Of a DNA stretch of 64,000 nucleotides, positions 38,413-49,770 are shown piece after piece. Both the position numbers and the translations under genes were made by a program. The notes beneath the pieces were generated by a model. That model saw only the letters and a list, made by a program, of their open reading frames with translations. It was not told the DNA's origin and did no database searches. Every line of letters starts with the position of its first letter. Position 1 is the stretch's first letter. The DNA comes from Macrostomum lignano (taxonomy: Eukaryota): assembly GCA_002269645.1 (NCBI GenBank), contig NIVC01002101.1:140473-204472 (forward strand), read 5' to 3'.

Positions 38413-39547
38413 GCCCAGCAAACTGGGAGGCTGGTAAATGAAAAGCCAGTAAGGCGCTAACACAGTTAGGTTTGTAGTAAAAAAAGCGACAAGCCGAACG
38501 TCCGTTCAGAGCCGATGCGAGTTTATTTGTGCATAAACATGCACAATGTATTTTGAATGCATATATATATATATTATCATTTAAAAATGAGCGACAGGAA
38601 ATGATGGCTAAGACTATTGTTGCTTTGCAATTTTTTACTTTACCTGCAGTTAACTATAAAACTGAATGGACAAAACTACGCTCGTGTATTGATGGGGAAG
38701 CGCACAGCCTCACCCTACTCACATAGCTTATGAGTATCAAGATCATAGACCTAATTGTACTTTTCTGTTTATAAAGTACAGGCCGAACCTAAGCTAATTG
38801 CATATGAAATTCAAACAGCGCAACAGAGACAGTTTTGACAAACAAAAAGTAAACAAACAAACAAATCAACAAAAACAAAGAAACAGACAAAATCGAAAAC
38901 GAATGAAAATAAAAAAATAGGTTAATTCGCGACAGTTGACGGCATAGCTAATAAGAGTTGGGGATTTGACGCAATTATTGGATAAGACAAGCTGCAGCAG
39001 AGAGACTTAATCAGTTTTTTTACGATGAACAAGACCGATAGAAATGAAACATGGGTTCGGTAGCAACAGAAACTGACGCATAAACACACAAATTTTATAA
39101 ATGCCAAATCGCGTAAACACAAACGGCAGGTTAATATATGAAAATACCAATAGTAGTATAGTAGAGAAAATGTCGACAATCGCAAAATAGTTCAGCATGT
39201 ACTTTTGTTGCGTACATTAAAAGTTAAAAAGTCAATTATTACATAACTATAACTTTAAATGTTATCTGGGTGCGCCCAGCTGGATGGCCCAGTAATTTTA
39301 CAATGGTCTTCCTCCGTACAGGAAAAATGGATTAACGCGTGAATTTGGGAGTTAAAAAAATTGTGCTTTTTCTAAACAAGAGAAGTGGGCTTTTTTGGGT
39401 GTTGCAAAAACGACAATGTGATGAGCGGGAGACATGAGAGAGAGAGAGACGAGACGGGTTGAAATCAGGAAAATGCGACAAATTTTCTTTAATCCTCTTC
39501 TCTAATCCCCTGATGACACATTTTAGATATTTTAGAGGATTCTAGGG

Positions 39548-40403
39548 CTGTGTGTTGGTGTGGGATCTCAAAATCGAGTATGGGATTCTGGGGCTATGTT
39601 TGGGTCTTAAGAGTATGGGGTCTAGGGCTGTGTGTGTAGGATCTCAAGAGCATGGGATTCTAGGGTTGAGTGTGTGTGTGGGATCTCAAGAGTATGGGAT
39701 TCTAGGGTTGAGTGTGTGTGTGGGATCTCAAGAGTATGGGATTCTAGGGTTGAGTGTGTGTGTGGGATCTCAAGAGTATGGGATTCTAGGGTTGAGTGTG
39801 TGTGTGGGATCTCAAGAGTATGGGATTCTAGGGTTGAGTGTGTGTGTGGGATCTCAAGAGTATGGGATTCTAGGGTTGAGTGTGTGTGTGGGATCTCAAG
39901 AGTATGGGATTCTAGGGTTGAGTGTGTGTGTGGGATCTCAAGAGTATGGGATTCTAGGGTTGAGTGTGTGTGTGGGATCTTAAGAGTATGGGATTCTGGG
40001 GCTGTGTGTGTGGGATCTCAAGAGTATGGGATTCTAGGGCTGTGTGTGTGGGATCTCAAGAGTAAGGGATTCTAGGGCTGTGTGTGGGATCTCAAGAGTA
40101 TGGGATTCTAGGGTTGAGTGTGTGTGTGGGATCTCAAGAGTATGGGATTCTAGGGTTGAGTGTGTGTGTGGGATCTCAAGAGTATGGGATTCTGGGGCTG
40201 TGTGTGTGGAATCTCAAGAGTATGGGATTCTGGGGCTGTGTGTGTGGGATCTCAAGAGTATGGGATTCTAGGGCTGTGTGTGTGGGATCTCAAGAGTATG
40301 GGATTCTAGGGCTGTGTGTGGGATCTCAAGAGTATGGGATTCTAGGGCTGTGTGTGTGGGATCTCAAGAGCATGGGATTCTAGGGTTGAGTGTGTGTGTG
40401 GGA
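39548..40403. repeat. ~38-42 bp minisatellite (gggatctcaagagtatgggattctagggttgagtgtgtgtgt)
   Basis: Units read directly. Confidence 0.95.
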
Positions 40404-40415
40404 TACATCTGTGCC

Positions 40416-41955
40416 TCAGAGAGGTTCGTGTTGAGACTCGTGTCCCAATTCTTGCAGACGCGACCTGCTCTTCAAAGCGTGCCGAATTCTCTCCCTGTCC
40501 TAATTCTCAGGGAGTAATGTACTTAAAATTGTCGCTTGTTTTATGTTGAAGTGCTAGTTTAATTAGCTAAGCTTTACCTCCTTCGCTTGTTTCAATAAAG
40601 AGGCTCTAGATACTGAAGCGAGTCCTGCATCACCTGAGACCAGTCTATCTACGCATACCTACCCGAACTAGGCAGAACGTATTCGTCTGCGATGACAGCG
40701 GGGAGGCCGACTGCTGCTGCTGCTGCACTGTGACGGCCTGACGGAGTTGCTGAACTGCCGGCTGATGTGGCAGATGTAGAAGCACGTCTGCTGCCTGCGA
40801 AAATTTTTGAGTCATTTTTGAGACCGTTTTAAGCGCTGGAATGACACTGCCATTTAGTCTCTACAATACTCTTTACACACTACTGAACCTCTCTGAGGCA
40901 CAGATGTTGCAACAGTCTACAGAATCAATGTTTACAGGTTACTCAAAATGTGACAATGACAGCACGTCTTTAAAAAATCCTTAAAGCATAGTGAGGGGTT
41001 TACAGCCTAGTGGTCAGAGCGTCGGATTTACGACTTGAACGTCGGGGGTTCAATTCCCGATCCCAATGGAACAATTTGTGTCCTTGTAGCATTAGCTGGG
41101 GTAATTGAGGGTGTGTGGCGACCCCCTCCCCCATTTTCTGGAGAGAACAGCCGTAAGCAGCCTTTAGCTGTCAGTTGCACATCTGGCCCGATTGGGGCAG
41201 GTGTAATCAATTATTATTATCATTATTAGTTTAACAGGCAAACAATAACAGATAAAAAACTAACCAGGCATCATCAGTAAATAGCCGTCCAAATCCTCTG
41301 CAGTCTCATCATTGCCATTTTGTCTGTTGCTGCTGCGTCGGCTAGTCTGGCCGATGTCAGTTATTCGACAACGCGTCGACGGCTGAGTTGTCGTCAGAGT
41401 CTCAAAACTCGAAGCGGAGATGCTGGTCAGTCGATCTTGCGCAACCGACGATGTCGGAGCCAGCATTGGCGAGGCCTGCTGTTGTTGTGTCATAATCGGC
41501 GCCGATAGTCTCTGCCGTCGATAAGACGATGACGACGAATTTGAAGACGACAGAAAGGACACCTCGGTGGACAGTCGTTGAGCTCTACCTTTGAAGCTGG
41601 ACGAGATGAGGCTGCTGTATAGAGTTTTACTGCAGCGTAAAGTCATTTTACCTTCACCAAAGCAGCTGGACCGGCCCAGACTAATAATAATAACTCTACC
41701 CAGCTGGTTGAGTGCTCGAATATGAAAGTAACTGATCTCGCAGACTTGAATGCCATCGTGACGGCCAACTAAGTCCATTTTCTCTGGATGTAAGCGCAAT
41801 AAGTATTTGTTAGTTTGGCGTAGTATGGCAGTAGTTAGCTGACTGGGCGGCAGTTCTAACACTTTCACTTTGTAACCCCGCAGGTCCATTAGGGACACGT
41901 GCAGCATACTCAGGTGAGAGCTTTTCTGGCCCATGCTAAGTTCTTTAGCTCGGGG
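40416..41955 (-). CDS. IRS/DOK/FRS2-type PTB-domain adaptor protein
   Basis: ORF 41934-41260 contains a PTB-like block (YFHIRALNQLGRVIIISLGRSSCFGEGKMTLRC), a Ser-rich tail and DGYLLMMPG (YxxM). Frame-consistent splicing 41265|gttagt -> 40794-40659 (contains DEYVLP) -> 40494-40416 (TGA). Start is either ATG 41934 or an acceptor at 41955. Confidence 0.65.
40990..41092 (+). mobile_element. tRNA-derived SINE (tRNA-Val-like head), second copy, intronic
   Basis: tagtggtcagagcgtcggatttacgacttgaacgtcgggggttcaattcccgatccc plus the tail shared with 4465-4568. Confidence 0.7.
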
Positions 41956-42614
41956 CTGCAGGCGTCATGAAAAGCAATTAGCAAAGCTGATTTCTTTAAA
42001 AATCCTACTGATGCATATTAGCTTTCCCTTTTACCTGAGTTTGTTTTATCCATCATTTATTCTTTGTGCATTTTCAAAGTCCTTTCCTAGAACTGTTCGT
42101 TAATTTTAGGGGGTGGCCTCAAAAGCAATGGGACTTAGGGAAAACAAGAAAAGGGATTTTCTCGTTGCCCACTTACAGGTCCTTCCCAATGTCCGAGAAA
42201 GGTATTCACCAAAATATGCCCATGCAAATAACAAAGAAAAAACAGATTTTTTAACGTCATTTTAAAACAAAAAAATGCAATTATCGGATGATAAAGACTG
42301 TTTTAATTAGTTTTGATTGACTTCATATTTTAGGAATTTCAGTTTTCTGCTGTTGGGAATAGAAATAAGGGCCATCCAATTTGAAATTCAAACCTTTGCT
42401 AAATAAGAACCACTCTAGTACATTTAAATATATAGATAAATATAAATAAATCTACCAATGATAAACATTGCAAAGCAAATACTTTGCTAACTATTCAAAA
42501 ACTCAATCAATCAATTCATGTGCCTATTGATAAAAAATTTTCCCAATTGGTCACATTTCTATTTATCTCATTAATTCCCTACTAAAAGTAAAAATTGGTA
42601 CTGAATGAGCAAAA

Positions 42615-42986
42615 GTGCTCAACAATTTGTCGCCTCAGCAGCCTCAGCAGCCCCAGCTGCCACCCCAGCAGCCCCAGCCGCCACCTCAGCAGCCGCCCCA
42701 GCCTCCATTCCCTGTTAGGTTCGCTGCATTCCCAGCCACCAACGAACCTATAAGTGTCTGCGTGTCGGTTGTAGGCGACGATCCCTTGGTTTTCTACTTG
42801 CTGTGCAACAACGAACAGAGCAGAAGTCTGAGCAACCTGGTCTGCTCGATGGTTGAATACTACAACGGTTTGAAGCCTGACCATCCGCTAGGCTGCAACC
42901 TTTGCCCAGGCAAATTGGTGGCCACTTACTATGAGCCAGATCAAACCTGGCAACAGGCCAGAGTTGTCAGTGTTGACCTTTTTTAA
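42615..42986 (+). CDS. Extended Tudor-domain exon (gene fragment; partner exons not identified)
   Basis: After a P/Q-rich linker: VCVSVVGDDPLVFYL...LSNLVCSMVEYY...GKLVATYYEPDQTWQQARVVSV, the usual start of an extended Tudor domain. The C-terminal FVDYG strand is missing. Confidence 0.6.
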   Translation: MLNNLSPQQPQQPQLPPQQPQPPPQQPPQPPFPVRFAAFPATNEPISVCVSVVGDDPLVFYLLCNNEQSRSLSNLVCSMVEYYNGLKPDHPLGCNLCPGKLVATYYEPDQTWQQARVVSVDLF

Positions 42987-43262
42987 AACTACTTTTAAGA
43001 AGTTCATAACTAAACATGACTATTTGACATAATTTTTTATGTAATGTCCCATTCCCTAGAAAATGAGTTAACACAGTGATTTTTTGTGCTTTTTAATTTT
43101 AGGCCTCAAATTGCAGCTTATGAAGGTACATGTCCCTATTGCAGCCAAGGTCTGAACCGCGCCGGACGCCCCCCTTTCCCGCGCCAGACATCTACCTGTA
43201 CCGCGCCAGGGCCAGTCCCCAGGATCAGTGATTTGGTTCAATTAGTCAGTCAATGGCTCGCA

Positions 43263-45852
43263 TCAATCGACGTTGACCCGGCCCTTTGTTGCCGCCAGTC
43301 GCCGAAGCACCTGCTGCTTCCGGGTCGTGCTGCGACTGCTTTTTCGAAGCACCTGATGAGTCTTCAGCCACTTGCTGGCAATCGCCGTGATGGTCCGCGG
43401 CATCGATGCCCCTGATGGAGGGAGGTGCCATGCCAGCCGAGTCCGTAGCTCCAGGGTTTCGTCCAGCTGGAGTGCCCCTTGCTGACACTGGCGACCCATA
43501 GCCGAGTAAACACTCTCGACCTCCGCTTCTGGCCCGCGCTTTGCCAGTGCCCAGTCGTACAGCGCACACACGGAGGTGCCGAAAAGCTGATAAACAGCTG
43601 GGTCGCTAAACATGGCAGCGCAGAAAGCCTCCTCCCGCACCTTACTAACTACGGGCCCGCTAGGTAGCCCGAAGTCGAGGCTAAACTGATCGTCAGTCGT
43701 GGTGGAAAGGGCACGTAGTGGCGAATCCGGGCAGTCGCTGCCAAAGATGACCTTTCGGCAGTGGCTGTCCTCGGCTCACACCATGGCATAAAGCCCTTCA
43801 CGCCAGGCTGCATGCAGACGTGAGCCAGCATTGGCGCCGAACATTCGTCGAAGCTGCTGTCGAGTCATAGCAGATTCGACTGCCCCACAGAAAGCAGCTT
43901 TTCCGTGCACTTGGAAGGCAGCCTCGAAACGCAGCTGCACTGTCTGTTGGCGACGACGGCCACAGAGGGCTCGAAGATAGCCAACCAAGCCGAAGGCCGC
44001 CTCCAACCTGTAAACGAACGTTGGCACGGCCATTGCACTGCGGCGACTGAGGGCATTGGCCACATCACTAACCACCTGCAGCGATGCCTTCAGGGCTACC
44101 TCGACGGTATGCTGGCACTGGCCGGACTCAGGCCGTACGACCTGATTTAGGGGAATTTTAGGGAGGGTTCGGAAATTGATTTCGAATTTTATTTTTTTCC
44201 AATTTCCAAAAGGTTTCCGTGTCTCTCCTCTTCCTCCCTGAATCCCTCTACATCTCTCTTCAGCCTCCGTCATGAAGTCTAATAGTCTATTGAGTGTCTA
44301 CTGTCTATCAGTTTAATAGTCTGTTGACAGTTTTAACATATCCAAAAAAGCTATTGTGGCTTGGCTTCGATTCATGATTCTAATTGTAAAAAAATGCGGG
44401 GAACAATCTCCATATCTCTAACCTGGATGTCATCATCGTCATCGTCGGACTGGTCCGAGTCGTCAGGCTCCAATGATTGGACCCGAAAGGGGCTGGCTGC
44501 TGATGCCGCGACCTCCATCCCATCGTACATGCCGTTGCGCAGACTCGGCAGCTTATCCCGAAGCTGTGACTCCACCGGCAGCAGTGGCTGTGGCTCGCGC
44601 TCGACCCGCACCTGGCTTCGACTACAGTCGCCCTGCCCGCTGCCGCTAGCGCTAGGGACTCCACCAGGGGCCAGGCCATCGGAAAGCGCACCCAGTGCCT
44701 GCTTTAGCCTGGTAAAGTGATGCGACATTATTAAAAAACATAATAAGTACATTTGAAACAATTGGACCGGAATTTTCTTAGAATTTAAATATAGCTTGTT
44801 ATAAGTTCATGCTTGCTCACTTTATCGACATTTGATGTTTGTTTTACCTATATCATATTTTGTAGTTCGTAGGCTCTCCCATAGTCCAATTCTGCTTTAA
44901 ATCGTACTTACTAAATTACTAGATGCTTTTCTGTTCAATATAAAAGTATACCGCTCTGTCCACTCAGGAGTTGTTTTTTTAAAGTGGTCATAATGGAAGT
45001 TTCGTTTTCTTTCCGAGAAGAGAGAAGGGAGGGGACTTGAATAACACTGACTTTTTCTCACCTTTCAAGCTGCACTGCCAGATACGAAAGATCGCCCACA
45101 ATGTGCCAGGCAGGAAGCTGCAAGTTCTGCGCCCTCAGCATAACTGAGCTGAAGGGCTTCAGCACGTCGCGGACGACCAGCAGCTCGACGATGAACGGCG
45201 CTGACTTCAAATACGCCAGAACATGCTGATCCTTTCGTGGCAGCTTGGATGCAGCCAGCGTGGCAAGCCATATCTTCAGCTCAGTGAGCGTCTTTGTGAC
45301 CATCGAAAAATTCGACGATGCAAAACGCGTTGTGCTGAAGGACTGGCTCTTTCGAGCAGGCCGGTCCTCCAGCATAGCTGCAAATTGGTCGGCGGCCACG
45401 GCAATTTTGCCGCGCTGGACTTTGCGGTGAAGCCAACGAAATGCCTGGACGACTCGTTGAAACGCTGCACTAGACTTCAAGGCGTCGCGAACAGCGAGGT
45501 CCATCCAGTGGGCCGGGTCCCAGACTACGCCAAAAAAGCCCTGGTCGATCTGTATCTGGCCGTCCAGATTGTGGTCGCCCGCGTCAAGCCAGTCAGCGCC
45601 GTCACGAATCTCGCGATCGCGGCCTTCACAGTCACCGTCACCGAAATTGGCGGCGTCCACTGCCGCTGCCTCAGTCTGCTCTGGCTCTGCGTCTGCGGCA
45701 CTAATCCTGGCATTGAAGACAGCATTAAACGATTGCTGCACATACTGGCCATCGGCGGACAGCCCGGCACACTGGCGCAGGTGCAGCCCAGCGTCCTGAA
45801 CGGCTCGTATGGCGGACCTGATATTTGACAAGGAGCGGGGAAAGCCTAACAA
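43263..45852 (-). mobile_element. Intron-containing hAT-superfamily-type DDE transposase, 5'-truncated, one in-frame stop
   Basis: Frame-consistent exons ~45850-45062, 44708-44423 and 44141-43263. Motifs: LSADGQY (catalytic D), WDPAHWMDLAV (C/DxxH), STTRFASS (TRW-like), DVLKPFSSVMLRAQ, EAEVESVYSAM (C-terminal E/dimerization). TGA at 43776-43778 interrupts exon 3. Confidence 0.8.
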
Positions 45853-46219
45853 TGGAGCCTAGACAATGGAGAGACTTAATTACTCATATATAAATTTATG
45901 AGACTCTATTCTAATTAGATCTATATTTGATTCAAAATAGCTAAGCCTACCTAAGCTTTAGCCTAGGCTAAAGATAAAAGCATTAATTTAGCCTTTTTAT
46001 TGGATTAAAATATGTTTAGTTAGCATGCTTTGGTGTAACCCTTTTTTCATCTTTCTATATCCTCTTTTCTTATTCTCTATCTTCTATCCTTATACTCTTT
46101 TCTACCCTTTTTACCCTCCCCTCACCTTTTGATCCTATCCTCTTCAACCTATCTCTACCCTCTTCTACTAGGTTCTACCCTTGTTTATAGCTTTACATTT
46201 ATTTGTGGCTTCATTCTCT

Positions 46220-47450
46220 TAGCCCTAGCCCCAGCTTAGCCCTAGCTTGAGATCAAGCCCCAGCTCAAGCTCTAGCCACACCACAGCCCTAGCAGCCAGC
46301 TCTAGCTTAAGCTCAAGCACTAGCCCAGCCCCAGCCCTATCCCACTCTATCCCAGCCCCTAATCTAGCCCTAACCTTAGCCCTAGCCCTAGTTCCTCCCC
46401 TAGCCCTGGCCTTAGCCTTAGTGCTTGTTATCCCTGCCCCAGCTCTGGCCCTATCACTATCCTGCCCCAGCCCTAGCCCTTGCCCTAGCCCCAGCCCTAG
46501 CCCCAGCCCTAGAACCAGCCCTAGCCCCAGCCCTAGCCCCAGCCTTTGCCCTTGCCCTAGCCTTAGCCCAAGCCCAAGCCCCAGCCTTAGCCCCAGCCCC
46601 AGCCTTTGCCCTAGCCCAAGCCCTTGCCCTAGCCTTAGCCCAAGCCCAAGCCCAAGCCCTAGCCCTAGCCCTTGCCCTAGCCTTAGCCCAAGCCCAAGCC
46701 CCAGCCTTAGCCCCAGCCCCAGCCTTTGCCCTAGCCCAAGCCCTTGCCCTAGCCTTAGCCCAAGCCCAAGCCCAAGCCCTAGCCCTAGCCCTTGCCCTAG
46801 CCTTAGCCCAAGCCCAAGCCCCAGCCTTAGCCCCAGCCCCAGCCTTTGCCCTAGCCCTAGCCCAAGCCCTTGCCCTAGCCTTAGCCCAAGCCCAAGCCCA
46901 AGCCCTAGCCCTAGCCTAGCCCTTGCCCCTGCCCCAGCCCTTGCCCTAGCCCTAGCCCTAGCCTTAGCCCAAGCCCTAGCCCTTGCCCGAGCCCTTGCCC
47001 TAGCCTTAGCCCAAGCCCAAGCCCAAGCCCTAGCCCTAGCCTAGCCCTTGCCCCTGCCCCAGCCCTTGCCCTAGCCTTAGCCCTAGCCCTAGCCTTAGCC
47101 CAAGCCCTAGCCCTTGCCCGAGCCCTTGCCCTAGCCTTAGCCTAAGCCCCTGCCCCTGCATCTGCCCTAGCCCCAGCCCCTGCCCTTGCCCTTGCCCTAG
47201 CCCTAGCCCCAGCCCTACCCCACCCAAGCCCTACCCCACCCCAGCGTCAGCCCTACCCCACCCCATCGCCAGCCCTACCCCACCCTAGCGCCAGCCCTAC
47301 CCCACTCCAGCCCCAGCCCTACCCCACTCCAGCCCCAGCCCTACCCCACCCCAGTGCCAGCCCTACCCCATCTCAGCGCCAGCCCTACCCCATCCCAGTC
47401 TTGGCCCTAGACCCCCAGATCTGGCCCTTTCACTATCCTAGCCCTAACCC
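46220..47450. repeat. Hexamer-based low-complexity array (CCCTAG/CCCCAG/CCTTAG/CCCAAG); mirrored at ~56700-57800
   Basis: Read directly; gives Ala/Leu or Pro/Ser ORFs. Confidence 0.9.
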
Positions 47451-49018
47451 CAGCAGAATTCTACTTCTTTAACTCCTGCACCCCTGCACTCCCTACACCC
47501 CGTGCACTCCACATGTGCTGTTTGTATTTTTATGAATACTTTTTTTGTTGCTTTAATCATTAATTCCTCCCAGGCAGTCCTTCTAGGCTATCTTTCCTAG
47601 GCAGCCCCCAGGCAAACCTTTCAAGGCAGCTTTCCCAGGCAAACCCTCCCAGACAGCCCCCTACCCTCCTCTACTTTTCTATCCTCTCCTTACTCTTCTC
47701 TACCCTTTATCCTCCTACTCTCCTCTACTATCCTACACACCTCTATCCTTCTCTACCCTCTACCCCTTCTCTACCCTCTTCTACCAGCTCCTCCCCTCCT
47801 CTGCAGCTATACCCTTGTCTATGGCTTTACCCTCCGTTGCCAGCCTCACCCCCTACTCTCCTCTACCAGCTCCTACCCTTCTCTGCCCTTCTACCATTTC
47901 CTACCCTCCTACCTTCTACTCTCCCCTGCCCTGCTCTACCCTTCGACACTTTCCCTTCTCTCTTCTACCAGCTCCTACCCTCCTCTACCAACTATTACCC
48001 TCCTAGCCTCCGCCATCAGCTCCTACCCTCCTATAACAGGAGGAATAACAGGATAATGAACCTAGATTAGATTCTATCTACTATACTAGGTTAGTAGCCT
48101 ATCCTACCTACTAGGCTAGTAAATATAATACCTATCATTCTACCGTCTAGACTTATAGGTGCTAATCTACTTTATAGTCTGTTAGGCTTCGCGGGTCAAC
48201 CTGCCAGTCTTCTAGGTACTAATCCACTCTATCTACCTGACTAGTAGTTGCTAAACAACTCTGTACCCTACAAGGCTAGTAGTCCTAATATACCTATCTA
48301 CGAGCTCGTACTAGGCAAGTTGTGCTAAACTGCCCTACCTTATATGCTAATAGTTGCTCAAATATTCCTTTTAGAAGCTTCTGAGTAGTTGAAGTCAGTT
48401 TGCTTAAGGTCTTTCACTCTCCCTTTTTCTCTTTGCTATTCTCCCCTAGCCTTGATATTCTTCTCCTTACCCATCCTTGCTATTCTCTTACCTTCCTTCT
48501 ATTCCTGTTTTTTCTTTTATATTCCCTGCTGAACTTCCCCTCCTCCTCTATCCTTTTCATTCCCTTCCTCCTCTATCCTTGTTGCTATTTCCCTTCTCCA
48601 TTCTCCTTGTCCCCCATTCTCCTTGCTATTCCTCTTTGCTTTGCTCCTTTTTCTCCCCTTCAGACCCAGCCCTTTCCTCCCCTTCAGACCTGACCCTCTC
48701 CTCCATTCAGTACCCACCCTCTCCTCCCCTGACCCCTTCAGATTCCACCCTCTCCTCCCCTACAGATCCCACCCTCTCTTCCCCTTCAAACCCTCTTCTC
48801 CCCTTTAGACCCCAGCCTCTTCTCCCCTTCAGGCCCCCCCTTTTCTTCTTTCCAGCCTCACCTCGTAGCTCTGCTAATTAAACTTTAACTATTCTTTTCA
48901 GAAGTGAAGAAGAATTTATCTCCTTCCTCTTTTCAGAATGTCCTCGCATCGGTCTTGTGGTCATTCTACGTGCCGTAGCGACTGGTCGCAGCAACCATAA
49001 CTCTCTACCGCCGCCGTA

Positions 49019-49770
49019 ATGGCACCTGACGTACTGTCCAACCTGTTCAACACGACCTCAGGGTGCTGCAGAGCGACACACTTGCGGCCTACCTTTTCGT
49101 TTTGGTGCTCGATGGGGTGCTACGGAGGGCCCTGCCAACATATGAGGACGGCTTCCTACTGTGGCTGCAAACAAACAGCCGCCATCTGGAGTCGGCGTAA
49201 CCCAGGAGCTGTTTGCCTCTACGGCTGAGGGAGCCCAGCGCATGCTAGACAGCCTGGTGGCAGCTGCGGCATCGGTCGGGCTAGCGGTGAACATCGAGAA
49301 GAGGCAGGTGATGTGTACCTGCGGAGCTGCCTATCAAAATCACCTGCTGGGACGCCCGACGATCGTGCATTGGCTCTACCTCGCTGCACGCGCTTTACGT
49401 ACCTCGGCAGTCTTGTGCCCAGTGTCCAGGAGGACTTGGCGCGACGCAGGGGCCTGGCCTGGGTTGCCTTCCGCTCTATCCGAGTTGTCCTGTAGGACGC
49501 CGCGCTGCCAGACTGCTGCGACGACCTAGCGAGACCCTCCGCAGGCAAAGACTTCAACTGGCGGGCCACACCATTCGGCGGAGGCTTACTGTTCTCAACC
49601 AGTGCAGGACGTCCTGCTACTCACGATGCAGGGCCCCTGGCCCCGAGGCTACGGCCGGGCGAGCCGCTACGCGGATTGCTTGCTAGATGACGCTGGGGTG
49701 ATCGGCTAGGAATTCTGTTGCCGCCTTCAGAGAGCTCGCACCGAGAAAACTGATCTGACACCGCCTCCAT
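49019..49770 (+). mobile_element. Degenerate RTE-like LINE reverse transcriptase C-terminal half
   Basis: Across frameshifts: FNTTSG(V)LQSDTLAAYLFVLVLDGVLRR, LFASTAEGAQRMLDSLVAAAASVGLAVNIEK, FTYLGSLVPSVQEDLARRRGLAWVAF, LQLAGH, QGPW.RGYGR. Confidence 0.85.

Noticed and set aside
46247-47227. Ala/Leu- or Pro/Ser-rich ORFs and their mirrors at 56926-57798
   Set aside because: Hexamer low-complexity sequence.
46220-47450. Telomere-like array (CCCTAG resembles CCCTAA)
   Set aside because: A mixture of hexamers with no run of TTAGGG; better explained as a mutated GC-rich simple repeat.
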